A stretch of 64,000 nucleotides of DNA from Candidatus Eremiobacteria bacterium. Lineage in GTDB: Bacteria; Vulcanimicrobiota; Vulcanimicrobiia; Vulcanimicrobiales; Vulcanimicrobiaceae. Position 1 is the stretch's first letter. Each line of letters starts with the position of its first letter. The notes below the pieces were generated by a model that saw nothing but the letters and a program-made list of their open reading frames with translations, did no database searches and had not been told where the DNA came from. The position numbers and the translations under genes are program-made. The stretch spans positions 864,001 to 928,000 of the forward strand of contig CAVWUU010000004.1 of NCBI GenBank assembly GCA_963758295.1. Reading direction: 5' to 3'. Below, piece after piece: positions 30,829 through 40,850 of this stretch.

Positions 30829-32483
30829 TGTAACTTCGGATACGTAATCTCTATCCCGTTCTGGCTGATCGTGAGGCTTGTTACCGTGCCTTGCGCGTCG
30901 CGCGCAAAATGGACTTGCGCGTCGACGTCCTTGACGTAGAACTCGTCTTTCGCGGAGGGGTAAAGTTCTATCGCGCTCTGCGAGCCGATTTTCGAGAATA
31001 CGTGGCCGTTCTCGACGGAAACCACGTTGCGCACACCCTGCGTCGCATACGTTCCGGCATAGCTCTCCAGCGTTGCGGTATCCAGGCTTGCGACCGGAGG
31101 ATAAGCCGGTTGGATTTCGGTCGCCAGCTGTTTGCCTTCAGCATCTACTTTATAAAACGGCAGATGCTGTCCGTTCTGCGTTAGAATGACGCCGACCACT
31201 TTGCCGCCTTGGCGGACGAATTCCAAATATGCCTGAACGACTTTGTAGTAAAAATGGTCGGGACGCGAGGCGTAAACGGCAACGCTTTGCTGGCCGGAGA
31301 GTTGCGCTTTCAAAACCGCTCCGGATCGCTCGACGTGGTACTCCAATCCGGCGGACGTATTGACGTATTTTCCGGCGTACTCATCGAGCGTCGCTTCGCT
31401 CAGCGTGACGAGTCTCGGTTCGGGCGCGAGGGCGTAAGCTGTATTCAAAACGTGTGCCGCGATGTCCACGACTTGCGGACCGTTGCTTAGCATGACGACG
31501 CCCATGCGGCGGTCGCCGCTCATCAAGACCACGGAATGATATCCAGCCGTGTCGCCGCCGTGATCGATGAAGTGGCTCACGTCGTTGATCCACCAGGCGA
31601 GTCCGATGTGATGGCCCTCGAACGTCGCGCGCGGCTGCTCCGCGAAGAGCAGCGTCTTTCCGAGCGGACCTTCTCCCATGGCCGCTCGCAGGTACTTCAA
31701 CATGTCGGTCAAGTCGGAGCGGATGGCGCCGGCGCCGGCGAGGGCGTCGGTAAATTCCCAGGAATGAACGGTTGCGCCGCTGTCATCGTGGCCTTGAGCG
31801 AAGCGCGCGCGTTGCGCCGCATTCAACGCGATCGTTGTTTCGTTCATTCCAAGCGGACGCCACACGCGTTCACGGACCATCGATTCATAATCCGCATGCT
31901 GTTCTCGCGAAAGCGCGAAGCCGAGCAGCCCCATCCCCAAATTCGAGTACTCGAATTCAGCTCCGGGGTCGCGCGTAAGTTTGTACGACCGTAAAAACGC
32001 CAGCAGCTTTTCCGGCGTGTAATCGGCATAGGGGTCGTCGCTTGTTGCATTGAGGTCGTCCGGGACCCGCGGCAGGCCCGAATGCTGCGTCGCAAGAGTC
32101 AGCAGCGTGATTCGCTTTCCGTCTTTCGACGGAACGGAGGCAGAGGGCGGAAGATAGCGCGACACCGGGTCGTCCAGATGGACCTTGCCTTGCATGACCA
32201 GTTCCGCGAGCACCGTCGTCGTGAAGGTCTTCGTCACGGAGCCGATTTCGAAGAGCGTATGCTCGTCCAACGGGCGCGCCGTGCCGCTGGAGCCGGCCTT
32301 ATAAACGGTAACCTTTCCGTTATCGATGACGCCGAGGATGATGCCCGTTTGCGGCTGCGCCGCAACGCGCGCTTGGAGGATCTGCTGGATTTCCTCCGGC
32401 GTTGCGCTCGCCGCCGAAGCAGCGGCCGCGGTAGCGGCACCCCAAAGAAAAGCGGCAGCAATGCCAAGGCAAGCTATCTTCAT
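30825..32483 (-). CDS. Exported serine hydrolase, beta-lactamase/PBP family with C-terminal DUF3471-like domains
   Basis: FEIGSVTK (SxxK), YSN and HGGDTAG. Signal peptide from ATG 32483. Confidence 0.9.
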   Translation of the reverse strand: MKIACLGIAAAFLWGAATAAAASAASATPEEIQQILQARVAAQPQTGIILGVIDNGKVTVYKAGSSGTARPLDEHTLFEIGSVTKTFTTTVLAELVMQGKVHLDDPVSRYLPPSASVPSKDGKRITLLTLATQHSGLPRVPDDLNATSDDPYADYTPEKLLAFLRSYKLTRDPGAEFEYSNLGMGLLGFALSREQHADYESMVRERVWRPLGMNETTIALNAAQRARFAQGHDDSGATVHSWEFTDALAGAGAIRSDLTDMLKYLRAAMGEGPLGKTLLFAEQPRATFEGHHIGLAWWINDVSHFIDHGGDTAGYHSVVLMSGDRRMGVVMLSNGPQVVDIAAHVLNTAYALAPEPRLVTLSEATLDEYAGKYVNTSAGLEYHVERSGAVLKAQLSGQQSVAVYASRPDHFYYKVVQAYLEFVRQGGKVVGVILTQNGQHLPFYKVDAEGKQLATEIQPAYPPVASLDTATLESYAGTYATQGVRNVVSVENGHVFSKIGSQSAIELYPSAKDEFYVKDVDAQVHFARDAQGTVTSLTISQNGIEITYPKLH

Positions 32484-32537
32484 AAATGGAGAATGCGGGC
32501 CGGGTGAAGGCAATCCTTCCACGAAATCGTGGTCGTT

Positions 32538-34118
32538 ATGGCACGGGATCTCAACGCCAGCGGCGTTCCGCTGAAGCCGCACTACGATCGCCCCGGTGGC
32601 ACGCCGCACGAATCAGGCGAACCCGGGACGTTTCCGTACACTCGCGGTATTCGCAAAGACATGTATCGCGGGCGCTTGTGGACGATGCGGCAGTATGCCG
32701 GCTTTGCAACCGCCGCGGAATCGAACGCGCGGTACCGGTACCTGCTCGATAGGGGACAAACCGGTCTTTCCGTCGCGTTCGACCTGCCGACGCAACTCGG
32801 CTATGACTCTGATGCGCCCCAAGCGCGCGGCGAGGTCGGCAAAGTTGGCGTTGCCATCGATTCGGTCGACGACATGGCGACGCTCTTCGATGATATTCCA
32901 CTCGATCGAGTCACCGTCTCGATGACCATTAATGCGCCGGCGTCGATTCTTTTAGCAATGGTGCTCGCTGTTGCCCGGCGGCGCGGCATCCCGTTCGAGA
33001 AGCTCGGCGGCACGATTCAAAACGACGTGCTCAAAGAGTATGTCGCTCGCGGGACCTACATTTTTCCCCCGTCCCCGTCGATGCGCCTGGTGACCGACGT
33101 CATGGCTTACTGCGCGCGCGAAGTTCCGCAATGGAACACAATCTCGATCTCGGGCTATCACATCCGTGAGGCCGGCTCAACCGCGGTAGAAGAAATTGCG
33201 TTCACGCTTTCAAACGCGAAAGCATACCTCCGTGCCGCTAAAGCAACCGGCATTGACCTCGATACGGTGGCGCCAAGAATCTCGTTCTTTTGGAACGCGC
33301 ACAACGACTTTTTCGAAGAGATCGCGAAGTTCCGCGCCGCGCGCTTCCTTTGGGCTCATATCACGCGCGACGAGTTCGGCTGCAAAGATCCTCGTTCGCA
33401 GATGCTGCGCTTCCACACGCAAACCGGCGGATCTACCCTCACTGCGCAGGAGCCCGATAATAACGTCGTCCGGGTAACGCTTCAGGCGCTTGCAGCCGTT
33501 CTCGGCGGTACGCAATCGCTCCATACGAACGGCAAAGACGAAGCGCTCGCGCTACCTACCGCGGAGAGCGCAAAGCTGGCGCTGCGGACCCAACAAATCA
33601 TCGGTTACGAATCGGGCGCCGCGGACGTCGTCGATCCGCTTGCGGGGTCGTACTACGTCGAAACCCTTACGAACGAGCTGATCGAACGGGCAACGAGCCT
33701 CATCCGCGAAGTCGACGAAATGGGCGGCAGCATTGCGGCTATCGAAACCGGATGGATGCAAACGCGCGTCGCCGATTCAGCATACCTGGCGCAGCAGGCG
33801 ATCGAACGCGGCGAAGCCGCGGTCGTCGGCGTAAATAAATTTGCCGAAGCCGGACGCGACGGCGTCTCAATCCCCTTGCAACGCATCGACGAGCGCGTGG
33901 AACGGGAACAGGCGCAACGGCTCGCGGCCTTCCGCGCCTCGCGGAACGGCTCGCTCGTGAAAGCACGGTTGGAAGACGTGCGAATCGCGGCTGCAGGCAT
34001 CGACAACCTGATGCCGCACTTCGTCGAAGCGGTCGACGCAGGCGCGACGCTTGGCGAAATCTGCAACGTGTTACGCGACGTCTTCGGCGTCTATCGCGCA
34101 AAGGAAATCGTAGCTTGA
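32538..34118 (+). CDS. Methylmalonyl-CoA mutase, substrate-binding (large) subunit
   Basis: [16 protein letters not shown] (Tyr specificity residue), [23 protein letters not shown] and DEALALPT. No DxHxxG B12-binding domain. Confidence 0.95.
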   Translation: MARDLNASGVPLKPHYDRPGGTPHESGEPGTFPYTRGIRKDMYRGRLWTMRQYAGFATAAESNARYRYLLDRGQTGLSVAFDLPTQLGYDSDAPQARGEVGKVGVAIDSVDDMATLFDDIPLDRVTVSMTINAPASILLAMVLAVARRRGIPFEKLGGTIQNDVLKEYVARGTYIFPPSPSMRLVTDVMAYCAREVPQWNTISISGYHIREAGSTAVEEIAFTLSNAKAYLRAAKATGIDLDTVAPRISFFWNAHNDFFEEIAKFRAARFLWAHITRDEFGCKDPRSQMLRFHTQTGGSTLTAQEPDNNVVRVTLQALAAVLGGTQSLHTNGKDEALALPTAESAKLALRTQQIIGYESGAADVVDPLAGSYYVETLTNELIERATSLIREVDEMGGSIAAIETGWMQTRVADSAYLAQQAIERGEAAVVGVNKFAEAGRDGVSIPLQRIDERVEREQAQRLAAFRASRNGSLVKARLEDVRIAAAGIDNLMPHFVEAVDAGATLGEICNVLRDVFGVYRAKEIVA

Positions 34119-34516
34119 AAATCGACCACGTCGCGATCGTCGTCAAAGATCTGGACGCGACCATTGCACTCTATACCGAAACGCTCGGGTTCCGCCAAGT
34201 TTACCGTGAGATCGTCGCCGACCAGGGCGTCGAAGCCGTGGGATTAGAAGCCGGCGATTCGATTATCGAACTGCTGCGTCCGCTCGATGAAGCTTCATCG
34301 ATTGCGAAATATCGAGGCGACGCCGCGACGAAACTGCACCATACCGCCTATCGAGTCGACGACATCACCGCAAAACTTGCCGAATTGAAAAGCAAAGGCG
34401 TGAGGCTTATCGACGAGGTTCCCCGGAAAGGCGCGCACGGCAATCTGATCGCGTTCCTTCACCCTAAATCGTCCGCCGGCGTGCTCGTCGAGCTATGCCA
34501 GCGCGAAAATAAATAA
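34115..34516 (+). CDS. mce: Methylmalonyl-CoA epimerase
   Basis: [22 protein letters not shown] and [15 protein letters not shown]. Adjacent to the mutase. Confidence 0.92.
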   Translation: MKIDHVAIVVKDLDATIALYTETLGFRQVYREIVADQGVEAVGLEAGDSIIELLRPLDEASSIAKYRGDAATKLHHTAYRVDDITAKLAELKSKGVRLIDEVPRKGAHGNLIAFLHPKSSAGVLVELCQRENK

Positions 34517-34620
34517 GTCGCAAATAGCGGCGCGAGCGCGCAGAGCGCTCGAAGTATCAGGACGAACGCCTCACCCGTAGGTACGTGTGAGCCGTTCACC
34601 ACTTGGGTAGCGTCAATTTC

Positions 34621-35290
34621 ATGAAGGCTTCCGCGTTAATTTTCGATTTGGACGGCACCCTTGTCGATTCAGTTTACGAGCATGTCGCGGCATGGCACAA
34701 GGCGTTTTCCGATGCAGGCGTTGCGATCCCCGCGTGCGAGATGCATAAGCGTGTCGGCATGACGGGCGCTCTGATGATGGAAGCGCTTGACGATGCTTTT
34801 TCCCTCGGCTTAAGTGCGGATACACGAGCGCGGATCCGCGAAGAACACGGCCGCATCTACCGCGACAAACATCCATTGCGCGCAAGCGCTTCCCGGGGCC
34901 GTCGATCTTTGGCAGATTCTCGAAGCGCGAAAAATCCCGTGGGCCATCGCGACAAGCGCCGAACCGCAAGACGCAAACGTTTTGCTCGAAAAACTCCATC
35001 TTCCAGAAAACGCGGTAGTCGTTACTCAGGCGGAAGCAACGGCCTCCAAGCCGGCGCCGCAGCCGTTCGAAGCAGCAGCTAAAAAGCTGCGAGTGGACAT
35101 CGAAGACTCGCTCGTCGTAGGCGATGCCGTGTGGGACGTTCTTGCGTCGCGTCGTGCGGGCGCGTTCGGGATCGGCGTGCTGACCGGCGGATACGGACGC
35201 GAAGAACTGACCGCCGCGGGCGCGTATCGCGTGTACAACGACGTCGGCGAAATGGGGCGAAGGCTCAGCGAACTGGGACTTGGCGGTTAA
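34621..35290 (+). pseudogene. HAD family hydrolase with an apparent frameshift near 34867
   Basis: FDLDGTLVDS is in one frame. ALPGA, IATS, SKPAP and VGDAVWD are in another. Confidence 0.8.
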
Positions 35291-36903
35291 AGATTCGGCG
35301 CGAGCCGCACGTCGAGACCGGTTTCGAACGTGCGGTTCCACGGCAGCGTGATTTGCATCGCCGCGATATGCAGTTCGGGATAGAGTTGCGAAAGCGTCGC
35401 TTGCGCTTCGTTCCACAAGAGAGTGCGGTTTCTATCCGCCGTAGCGCTCGCAAGATCCGGCAACAGGTACGTGTGATCCGCAACGCCCTGCGCGTCCAGC
35501 CAACGATTCAAATCCGGCCGGACGTCGACGTGGAAGTCGACGTCATCGACGAATCGCATGAACGTAAATGTTTGATGCGCAAGTTGGCTGTAACTGTGCG
35601 TGCGGCGGCCCGCGCCCGCAGCAATCGCTTCGGCAAGCGCCGTTCCAACCGTGTTGGCATCGGTATTCCATGCCGCGTAGGCGTCCAGGTGCGAGGCGAT
35701 ACCGCTGCTCAAGAGCCGTTGCGCAAAGGCGCCTTGCACCGCGTAGCTTTGTTCGTAACTGAGATCGGCGAGCGCGACGGGACGATTTGCCTCAACGTCA
35801 TTGGAAAGACTTTGCAGGAATGCATCATCGAGCGGGCCGGTTCGTGGAACGTGAACGGCCAGAACGATATCGGGATTCGCCTCGTCCTCGACACCCCCGC
35901 AGAGCGCGATTAAACTTTGAATCGTCGAGGCGATCGGCGCAAACTCGAGCGGGTCCTGATACCGGGCACCGCTTGGTGTTGAGTAGTGGACCGCAATTCG
36001 CGGCGTCCACCGCGCGTCGCGGGCCAACGCATTAGCCACGAGAGCCATGCCTAATTCATCCGCGCCCGGTTCGATAGAAGCGCGATCGCCGCTGATGCCG
36101 CCGAGGAACGACTGCAACGAATGGACCTCCGGAACGTGCAAGCCCACGGGCCCCGCATCGTCTTGTCCAAGCACGAGCCGGTCGATGCTTCCGCTCCGGG
36201 TGAGATCGAGCAACAACCGGTCGACGCCGTAATTACGGGCGCGTGTTTGCAAATACGCATCCAGGAGCGGCTCGCCCATCAACCCGCGCAAATGTGCGGC
36301 AGTCGCTTCTTCTTCAGGGAGCACCGGGTCGTGCAAGTTTGCGTACCGCTGAAGATACGACCATTGCGGATACGCCGCGAAGAACTTGGCCGCGTCGCCG
36401 ATCGCCGGAACGCCGGTGGGTGCAAGCCGCATAATGGTTCCAAACACGCCGATCCATGCGTTGGGCCGGGTCGCGCGCAACATCGAGACCTGACGGAGGC
36501 GAAAATAGGCGTCGGCATAGGTTGTGCCCGGAACCCGCGAGCCCACAAGCCCGCCATAGGCAAGCATGTCGCTGGAAAGAACGTAGGCCCGCGCGTCCCG
36601 CGGGGCCTGCGCGTTTAGCCAGAAGCTGATGGCATCCGGCTGACCGAATTGTAAGTAGCGCCCGATCACGCCGGCGGGCGGCGTTGCAATGCGGCGCCCG
36701 GCAATATCGCCGAGCATTACCGGAAGTTGCAACGTTACGGGACGATCGTCCAACGGAACAAGCACGATCGGGGCAGACTGCGCGTACGACATCGCGGTCA
36801 TCAAACAAAAGACCGTCACCGCCGCAACGAAGCAACGCATCATAAACGGCAACGGGGCGACGCGCGGCGTCATGGCGGTGGTGTGGAACCCCGGTTGCGT
36901 CAC
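35287..36903 (-). CDS. DUF4127-like exported protein
   Basis: VPLDDRPV, SSDMLAYGGLVGSR, FGTIMR, GQDD, PGADE and YAAWNTDANTVG. Confidence 0.8.
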   Translation of the reverse strand: MTQPGFHTTAMTPRVAPLPFMMRCFVAAVTVFCLMTAMSYAQSAPIVLVPLDDRPVTLQLPVMLGDIAGRRIATPPAGVIGRYLQFGQPDAISFWLNAQAPRDARAYVLSSDMLAYGGLVGSRVPGTTYADAYFRLRQVSMLRATRPNAWIGVFGTIMRLAPTGVPAIGDAAKFFAAYPQWSYLQRYANLHDPVLPEEEATAAHLRGLMGEPLLDAYLQTRARNYGVDRLLLDLTRSGSIDRLVLGQDDAGPVGLHVPEVHSLQSFLGGISGDRASIEPGADELGMALVANALARDARWTPRIAVHYSTPSGARYQDPLEFAPIASTIQSLIALCGGVEDEANPDIVLAVHVPRTGPLDDAFLQSLSNDVEANRPVALADLSYEQSYAVQGAFAQRLLSSGIASHLDAYAAWNTDANTVGTALAEAIAAGAGRRTHSYSQLAHQTFTFMRFVDDVDFHVDVRPDLNRWLDAQGVADHTYLLPDLASATADRNRTLLWNEAQATLSQLYPELHIAAMQITLPWNRTFETGLDVRLAPNL

Positions 36904-37784
36904 AACAGCTCGCGCAATCTTCCTTGCTGCGCGTCGAGTAACGTGCGCGCCGCGCCGGCATCGACGTTTCGTTTCTCCATGACCGCTGCAACTTTCACGC
37001 TTCCCGCGGCTGCGGCAAGCAACTCGAACGCGCGCTCTTCATCGACACCGGCAAGCATTCGCACGAGGCGCACCGCGCGCCGGCGCAATTTCTCGTTCGT
37101 GGCGACTACGTCGACCATAAGGTTGTCGTAGACTTTTCCGAGCCGAACCATAACCGCGGTCGAGAAGGTATTCAACGCAATCTTCTGCGCCGTGCCGGCT
37201 TTCATTCGCGTCGAACCCGCAATGGGTTCGCGCCCGGTTGCCAACACGATCGTCAGACGGGCCACATTGGCAAGCGGTGAATCGGCGGCATTCACGATCG
37301 CCGCGGTAAACGCGCCGGCTGCTTTGGCCGTGGCTATTGCTGCGACGACGAACGGCGCACCGCCGCTTGCCGAAATCCCGATGACGACGTCTTTTTCTCC
37401 GGCATGCGAACGCATTTCGGACGCGCCGGCTTCCGCATCGTCTTCGGCGCCTTCCACGGCGGAGCGAAAGGCTCGCTCGCCGCCGGCAATGTGTGCGCAC
37501 ACGAGATCGGGCGGCGTGCCGAAGGTCGGCGGCATCTCCGCCGCATCGAGCACCGCTAGCCGTCCGCTCGTTCCCGCGCCGACGTAGTGCAAGCGGCCTC
37601 CGCTCAGCAGCCGCGCTACCGTTTCGTCCACGGCTTGCGCAAGCGCCGCGCTTTCGGCAATAACCGCGTCCACCGCTTGGCGTTGCGCAACCGCGAGCGT
37701 CGTGACGACTTGCTCTACCGGCAGCAGGTCCAGTCCGGCGGTCGCAGCGTCGGCGAGTTCGGTTACCGGCAGCGAATCTTTCAT
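36900..37784 (-). CDS. murQ: N-acetylmuramic acid 6-phosphate etherase
   Basis: GAGTSGRLAVLDAAEMPPTFG, EGAEDD, GSTRMKAGTAQK and NLMVDVVATNEKL. Confidence 0.96.
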   Translation of the reverse strand: MKDSLPVTELADAATAGLDLLPVEQVVTTLAVAQRQAVDAVIAESAALAQAVDETVARLLSGGRLHYVGAGTSGRLAVLDAAEMPPTFGTPPDLVCAHIAGGERAFRSAVEGAEDDAEAGASEMRSHAGEKDVVIGISASGGAPFVVAAIATAKAAGAFTAAIVNAADSPLANVARLTIVLATGREPIAGSTRMKAGTAQKIALNTFSTAVMVRLGKVYDNLMVDVVATNEKLRRRAVRLVRMLAGVDEERAFELLAAAAGSVKVAAVMEKRNVDAGAARTLLDAQQGRLRELL

Positions 37785-38686
37785 ACCGCCGAAAGGAGGT
37801 TGCGCGCCATGGCGAGCGCCCCGAAGTGCGGAGCCGGCGCGCCTTTCACGATATGCACGAACGGCATCTCATTGCTGATGCGCGTTTCCAATAAGTACGT
37901 CAGCAGCGAGTTCTGCGCCAAGAGGCCGCCGCCAAAAACCAGCGGCACTTCCCGGTCTTGCAAGCCGGCCGACTTGACGAGCGACTTCAGCAGATCGAAG
38001 AGTTCCAGTGCCGCGTTCTGCACGATCTTCGCGGCGCCGCGTTCGCCCGCACCCGCCAAACGGAGAACGTCCGGAGCGAGGGCGGCAATTCGCCGAGTCG
38101 GATGCGGCATCTCGTACACTTCGTTCAGAACGGCCTGCGCCGACGTGGCGCCAAGCCGCGCTTCGACGGCTTCGATCAACTCATCGCGCGGCGAGCGGCC
38201 GTCATACGAACGCAAGGTCATACGCAAGGCCGCGGCGCCGATTGAGAAAGCCGAACCTTCGTCGCCGAGCAAATACCCGTAGCCACCGGTGCGAAAACGT
38301 CGGCCGTCGCATTCGGCATACGCAATCGATCCGGTTCCCGCAACTAAAACCATTGCGTCACCGGACGGGACGCCGGCGCGCAACGCAATAAACGCATCGT
38401 CGGAAACACCCAGTGCTACGCCGGGAAGGCGCACCGACAGCGCGCGCTGCAACGACTGCGCGAGATCGTCGCGACCGGCGCCTGCCGCGCCGACGAAGAC
38501 GGCGGCTGGGGCCACTCCTTCAAGCGCGCTGCCGACGGCGCGGGCGATGACGTCCGCCGCGTCGTCCACTCCGGCGATGCGCACGTTGGCGGGATCGCCG
38601 ACGAATTCGCCGATCGTCGCGTCGCCCTTCACGGCAATTACATTCGTCGCCGTTCCACCAGCATCGACGCCTACGACGATCGACAT
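37781..38686 (-). CDS. BadF/BadG/BcrA/BcrD family N-acetylglucosamine/MurNAc kinase
   Basis: GVDAGGT, AGTGSIA and GGYGYLLGDEGSA. Confidence 0.88.
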   Translation of the reverse strand: MSIVVGVDAGGTATNVIAVKGDATIGEFVGDPANVRIAGVDDAADVIARAVGSALEGVAPAAVFVGAAGAGRDDLAQSLQRALSVRLPGVALGVSDDAFIALRAGVPSGDAMVLVAGTGSIAYAECDGRRFRTGGYGYLLGDEGSAFSIGAAALRMTLRSYDGRSPRDELIEAVEARLGATSAQAVLNEVYEMPHPTRRIAALAPDVLRLAGAGERGAAKIVQNAALELFDLLKSLVKSAGLQDREVPLVFGGGLLAQNSLLTYLLETRISNEMPFVHIVKGAPAPHFGALAMARNLLSAV

Positions 38687-39819
38687 TCCCGTTCTACCTC
38701 CGAAAGCAGTTCTGCAAGCCGCACCGGCGCAATGGCGCCGAGCGGCACGGCACGCGAAGCGCCGGTCACGCGCGGCACATTTGCGGCTCGCTCGCGAAGC
38801 GTTTCGTATCCCAGCATCGCGAAGGCAATCGCCTCTTTTGCTTCGGCCGGAATTCCGTGCGCATCGCTCGTTTCGACGGCGACGTCTGGAAGCCGTTTCT
38901 GAAGTCGCCGCATCAGCTCGTGGTTATACACGCCTCCGCCGCTCACGATCAGACGCCGCGGTAGCGCGGACGCCTGCGAAAGCGCAGCGGCGACCGACGC
39001 CGCGGTTAACTCGGTCAAAGTCGCCGCCCCGTCTTCCAACGAGAGCGCGGCCAGTGCGGGGTACGCGCGTAAAAATTGCGCGCCGAAACGTTCCCGCCCG
39101 GTGCTCTTCGGCGGATGCCTATCGAAGTACGGCTCTTCAAGCATGCGGCTCAACAGGGATTCGTCGACGGCGCCGGCGGCCGCAAACGCTCCCTCGCGAT
39201 CGATTGTCATGGCGCCGTTCGTTCTTTCACGTACGAACGCGTCGATCAACATGTTCCCGGGGCCTGTATCGAAGGCCATTACGTCGTGCGTTCTCACGCT
39301 TGCCGGCAAAAACGTGACGTTTGCGATGCCGCCGATATTCAGCGATGCGCGGTCTTCATGCCGATCCGAAAAAAGCAGTCCGTCAATGTAGGGCACGAGC
39401 GGCGCTCCGTGTCCGCCGACCGCGCAGTCGGCGCTGCGAAAATCGAAGCACACGGTTGCATTCAAAGCTTCGCGAATAACGAACGGATCACCGATTTGCA
39501 ACGTGATCTGCGCTTCGCCGTCGTGCCAGATGGTTTGTCCATGCGAAGCGACGTAATCGACACGCAAAGCGCCGGCAACTTGCCTCGCTGCGCGCGCAAG
39601 AGCGCTTCCGACGCTGCGGTGCAATCGTGCAAGGTCGGGTACCGTTGCGGTATTTGGCGGCAACGCTGCGCGTAGCGCCGCGTGCAGCTCTTCGTCGAAC
39701 GGCACGGTGAGAAACTTCAGGAGTTCCACGCCGTAAGTTACTCCGCGCGGCGACATTTTAACGAGTGCGGCATCGATTCCGTCGAGCGACGTTCCGCTCA
39801 TCAAGCCGACGGCGATCAT
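38671..39819 (-). CDS. anmK: Anhydro-N-acetylmuramic acid kinase
   Basis: GLMSGTSLDGID, SHGQT, GGHGAPLVP, NIGGIAN, DTGPGN, PPKSTGRE and KEAIAFA. Confidence 0.96.
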   Translation of the reverse strand: MIAVGLMSGTSLDGIDAALVKMSPRGVTYGVELLKFLTVPFDEELHAALRAALPPNTATVPDLARLHRSVGSALARAARQVAGALRVDYVASHGQTIWHDGEAQITLQIGDPFVIREALNATVCFDFRSADCAVGGHGAPLVPYIDGLLFSDRHEDRASLNIGGIANVTFLPASVRTHDVMAFDTGPGNMLIDAFVRERTNGAMTIDREGAFAAAGAVDESLLSRMLEEPYFDRHPPKSTGRERFGAQFLRAYPALAALSLEDGAATLTELTAASVAAALSQASALPRRLIVSGGGVYNHELMRRLQKRLPDVAVETSDAHGIPAEAKEAIAFAMLGYETLRERAANVPRVTGASRAVPLGAIAPVRLAELLSEVERECRSS

Positions 39820-40850
39820 GATGCGATAGCCTCGACGATGCCTTCGTAGAACGCCGCACGCAGCGGCCGCGAGTCGCGCCGGCCGTAGTAGACGGAGTTG
39901 GTCAAAAGCACCGCCTGAAGATCGCGGTCAGGATCGGCCCACACGCAAGTTCCGGTAAAACCGGTGTGACCGAAGCTGCGCGGTGAGAAGTACCGCCCGC
40001 ACGAGTTGTCGTCGTTGGTTTTCAAAGCCCACCCGAGCCCGCGCCGCAACACCGGATCGTACGCAGCTTCCTCGATGGCCGCGCACGCGAGCGAAGACGG
40101 CAGCAACATCTGCTCTCGACCCGCGGCGGCATCCAAATACGGCTTCGTCAGCCAGGCAACGTCGGCCGCAGTCCCAAAAAGGCCGGCGTGGCCGGACACG
40201 CCGTTCATTAACGCCGCCTTTTCGTCATGAACGCGTCCCTGCACGCGTCCGCGCCAACCATCCTTTTCGGTTGCGGGAATCTCGGTCCGTTCGCGCTCAG
40301 CGGGCATGAATTCCACGGACGAGCGATTCGTGCGTTGCGCGACGACGGCGCCGAGCGACTTGCCTTCGATGCGCGCGACGAGCGTTCCGAGCGCAATCAT
40401 CCCGAGGTCGCTATAAATCACACGTTCGCCCGGCGACGCGAGAAGCTCGCGCGTGAGGGCAAAATGCTCGACGTTGCGATCGAAGAGCGTGCGATAATCG
40501 GCACCCGAGTACATCCCGCCGGTGTGCGCGAGAAGCATCCGCGCCGTAACTGCTGCATGCGGCCGGTTTTGCCATTCGGGAATCCACCGAACCGCCGGCT
40601 CGTCGAGGTCCAGCCTCTGTTCCGCGGCCAGCTGCAATGCACACGTTGAAACGAAGAGTTTCGTAATGGACGCGAGATCGAATCGCGTGTCGACGTAAAC
40701 CGGACGTGCGCCGCCATCGTCGCGCGTCGCTCCGTAGGCGCGTTCGAAGAGCACGCGATCGCCGGTTTGGACGCGCGCAACGATGGCGGTCGCCCACGAA
40801 CCGATCGCCTCGTTCAACGCGCGATCGACGCAGCCGAATCGTTTATCCAT
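39816..40850 (-). CDS. Serine hydrolase, beta-lactamase family (AmiE/NamA-like candidate)
   Basis: FDLASITK, YSD, VHDE, GHAGLF and HTGFTG. Start ATG 40850. Confidence 0.88.
   Translation of the reverse strand: MDKRFGCVDRALNEAIGSWATAIVARVQTGDRVLFERAYGATRDDGGARPVYVDTRFDLASITKLFVSTCALQLAAEQRLDLDEPAVRWIPEWQNRPHAAVTARMLLAHTGGMYSGADYRTLFDRNVEHFALTRELLASPGERVIYSDLGMIALGTLVARIEGKSLGAVVAQRTNRSSVEFMPAERERTEIPATEKDGWRGRVQGRVHDEKAALMNGVSGHAGLFGTAADVAWLTKPYLDAAAGREQMLLPSSLACAAIEEAAYDPVLRRGLGWALKTNDDNSCGRYFSPRSFGHTGFTGTCVWADPDRDLQAVLLTNSVYYGRRDSRPLRAAFYEGIVEAIAS

Noticed and set aside
32538..34118. Mutase as isobutyryl-CoA or 2-hydroxyisobutyryl-CoA mutase
   Set aside because: It has Tyr in RQYAGF and Arg in ARGT, as in methylmalonyl-CoA mutase, and sits next to the epimerase.
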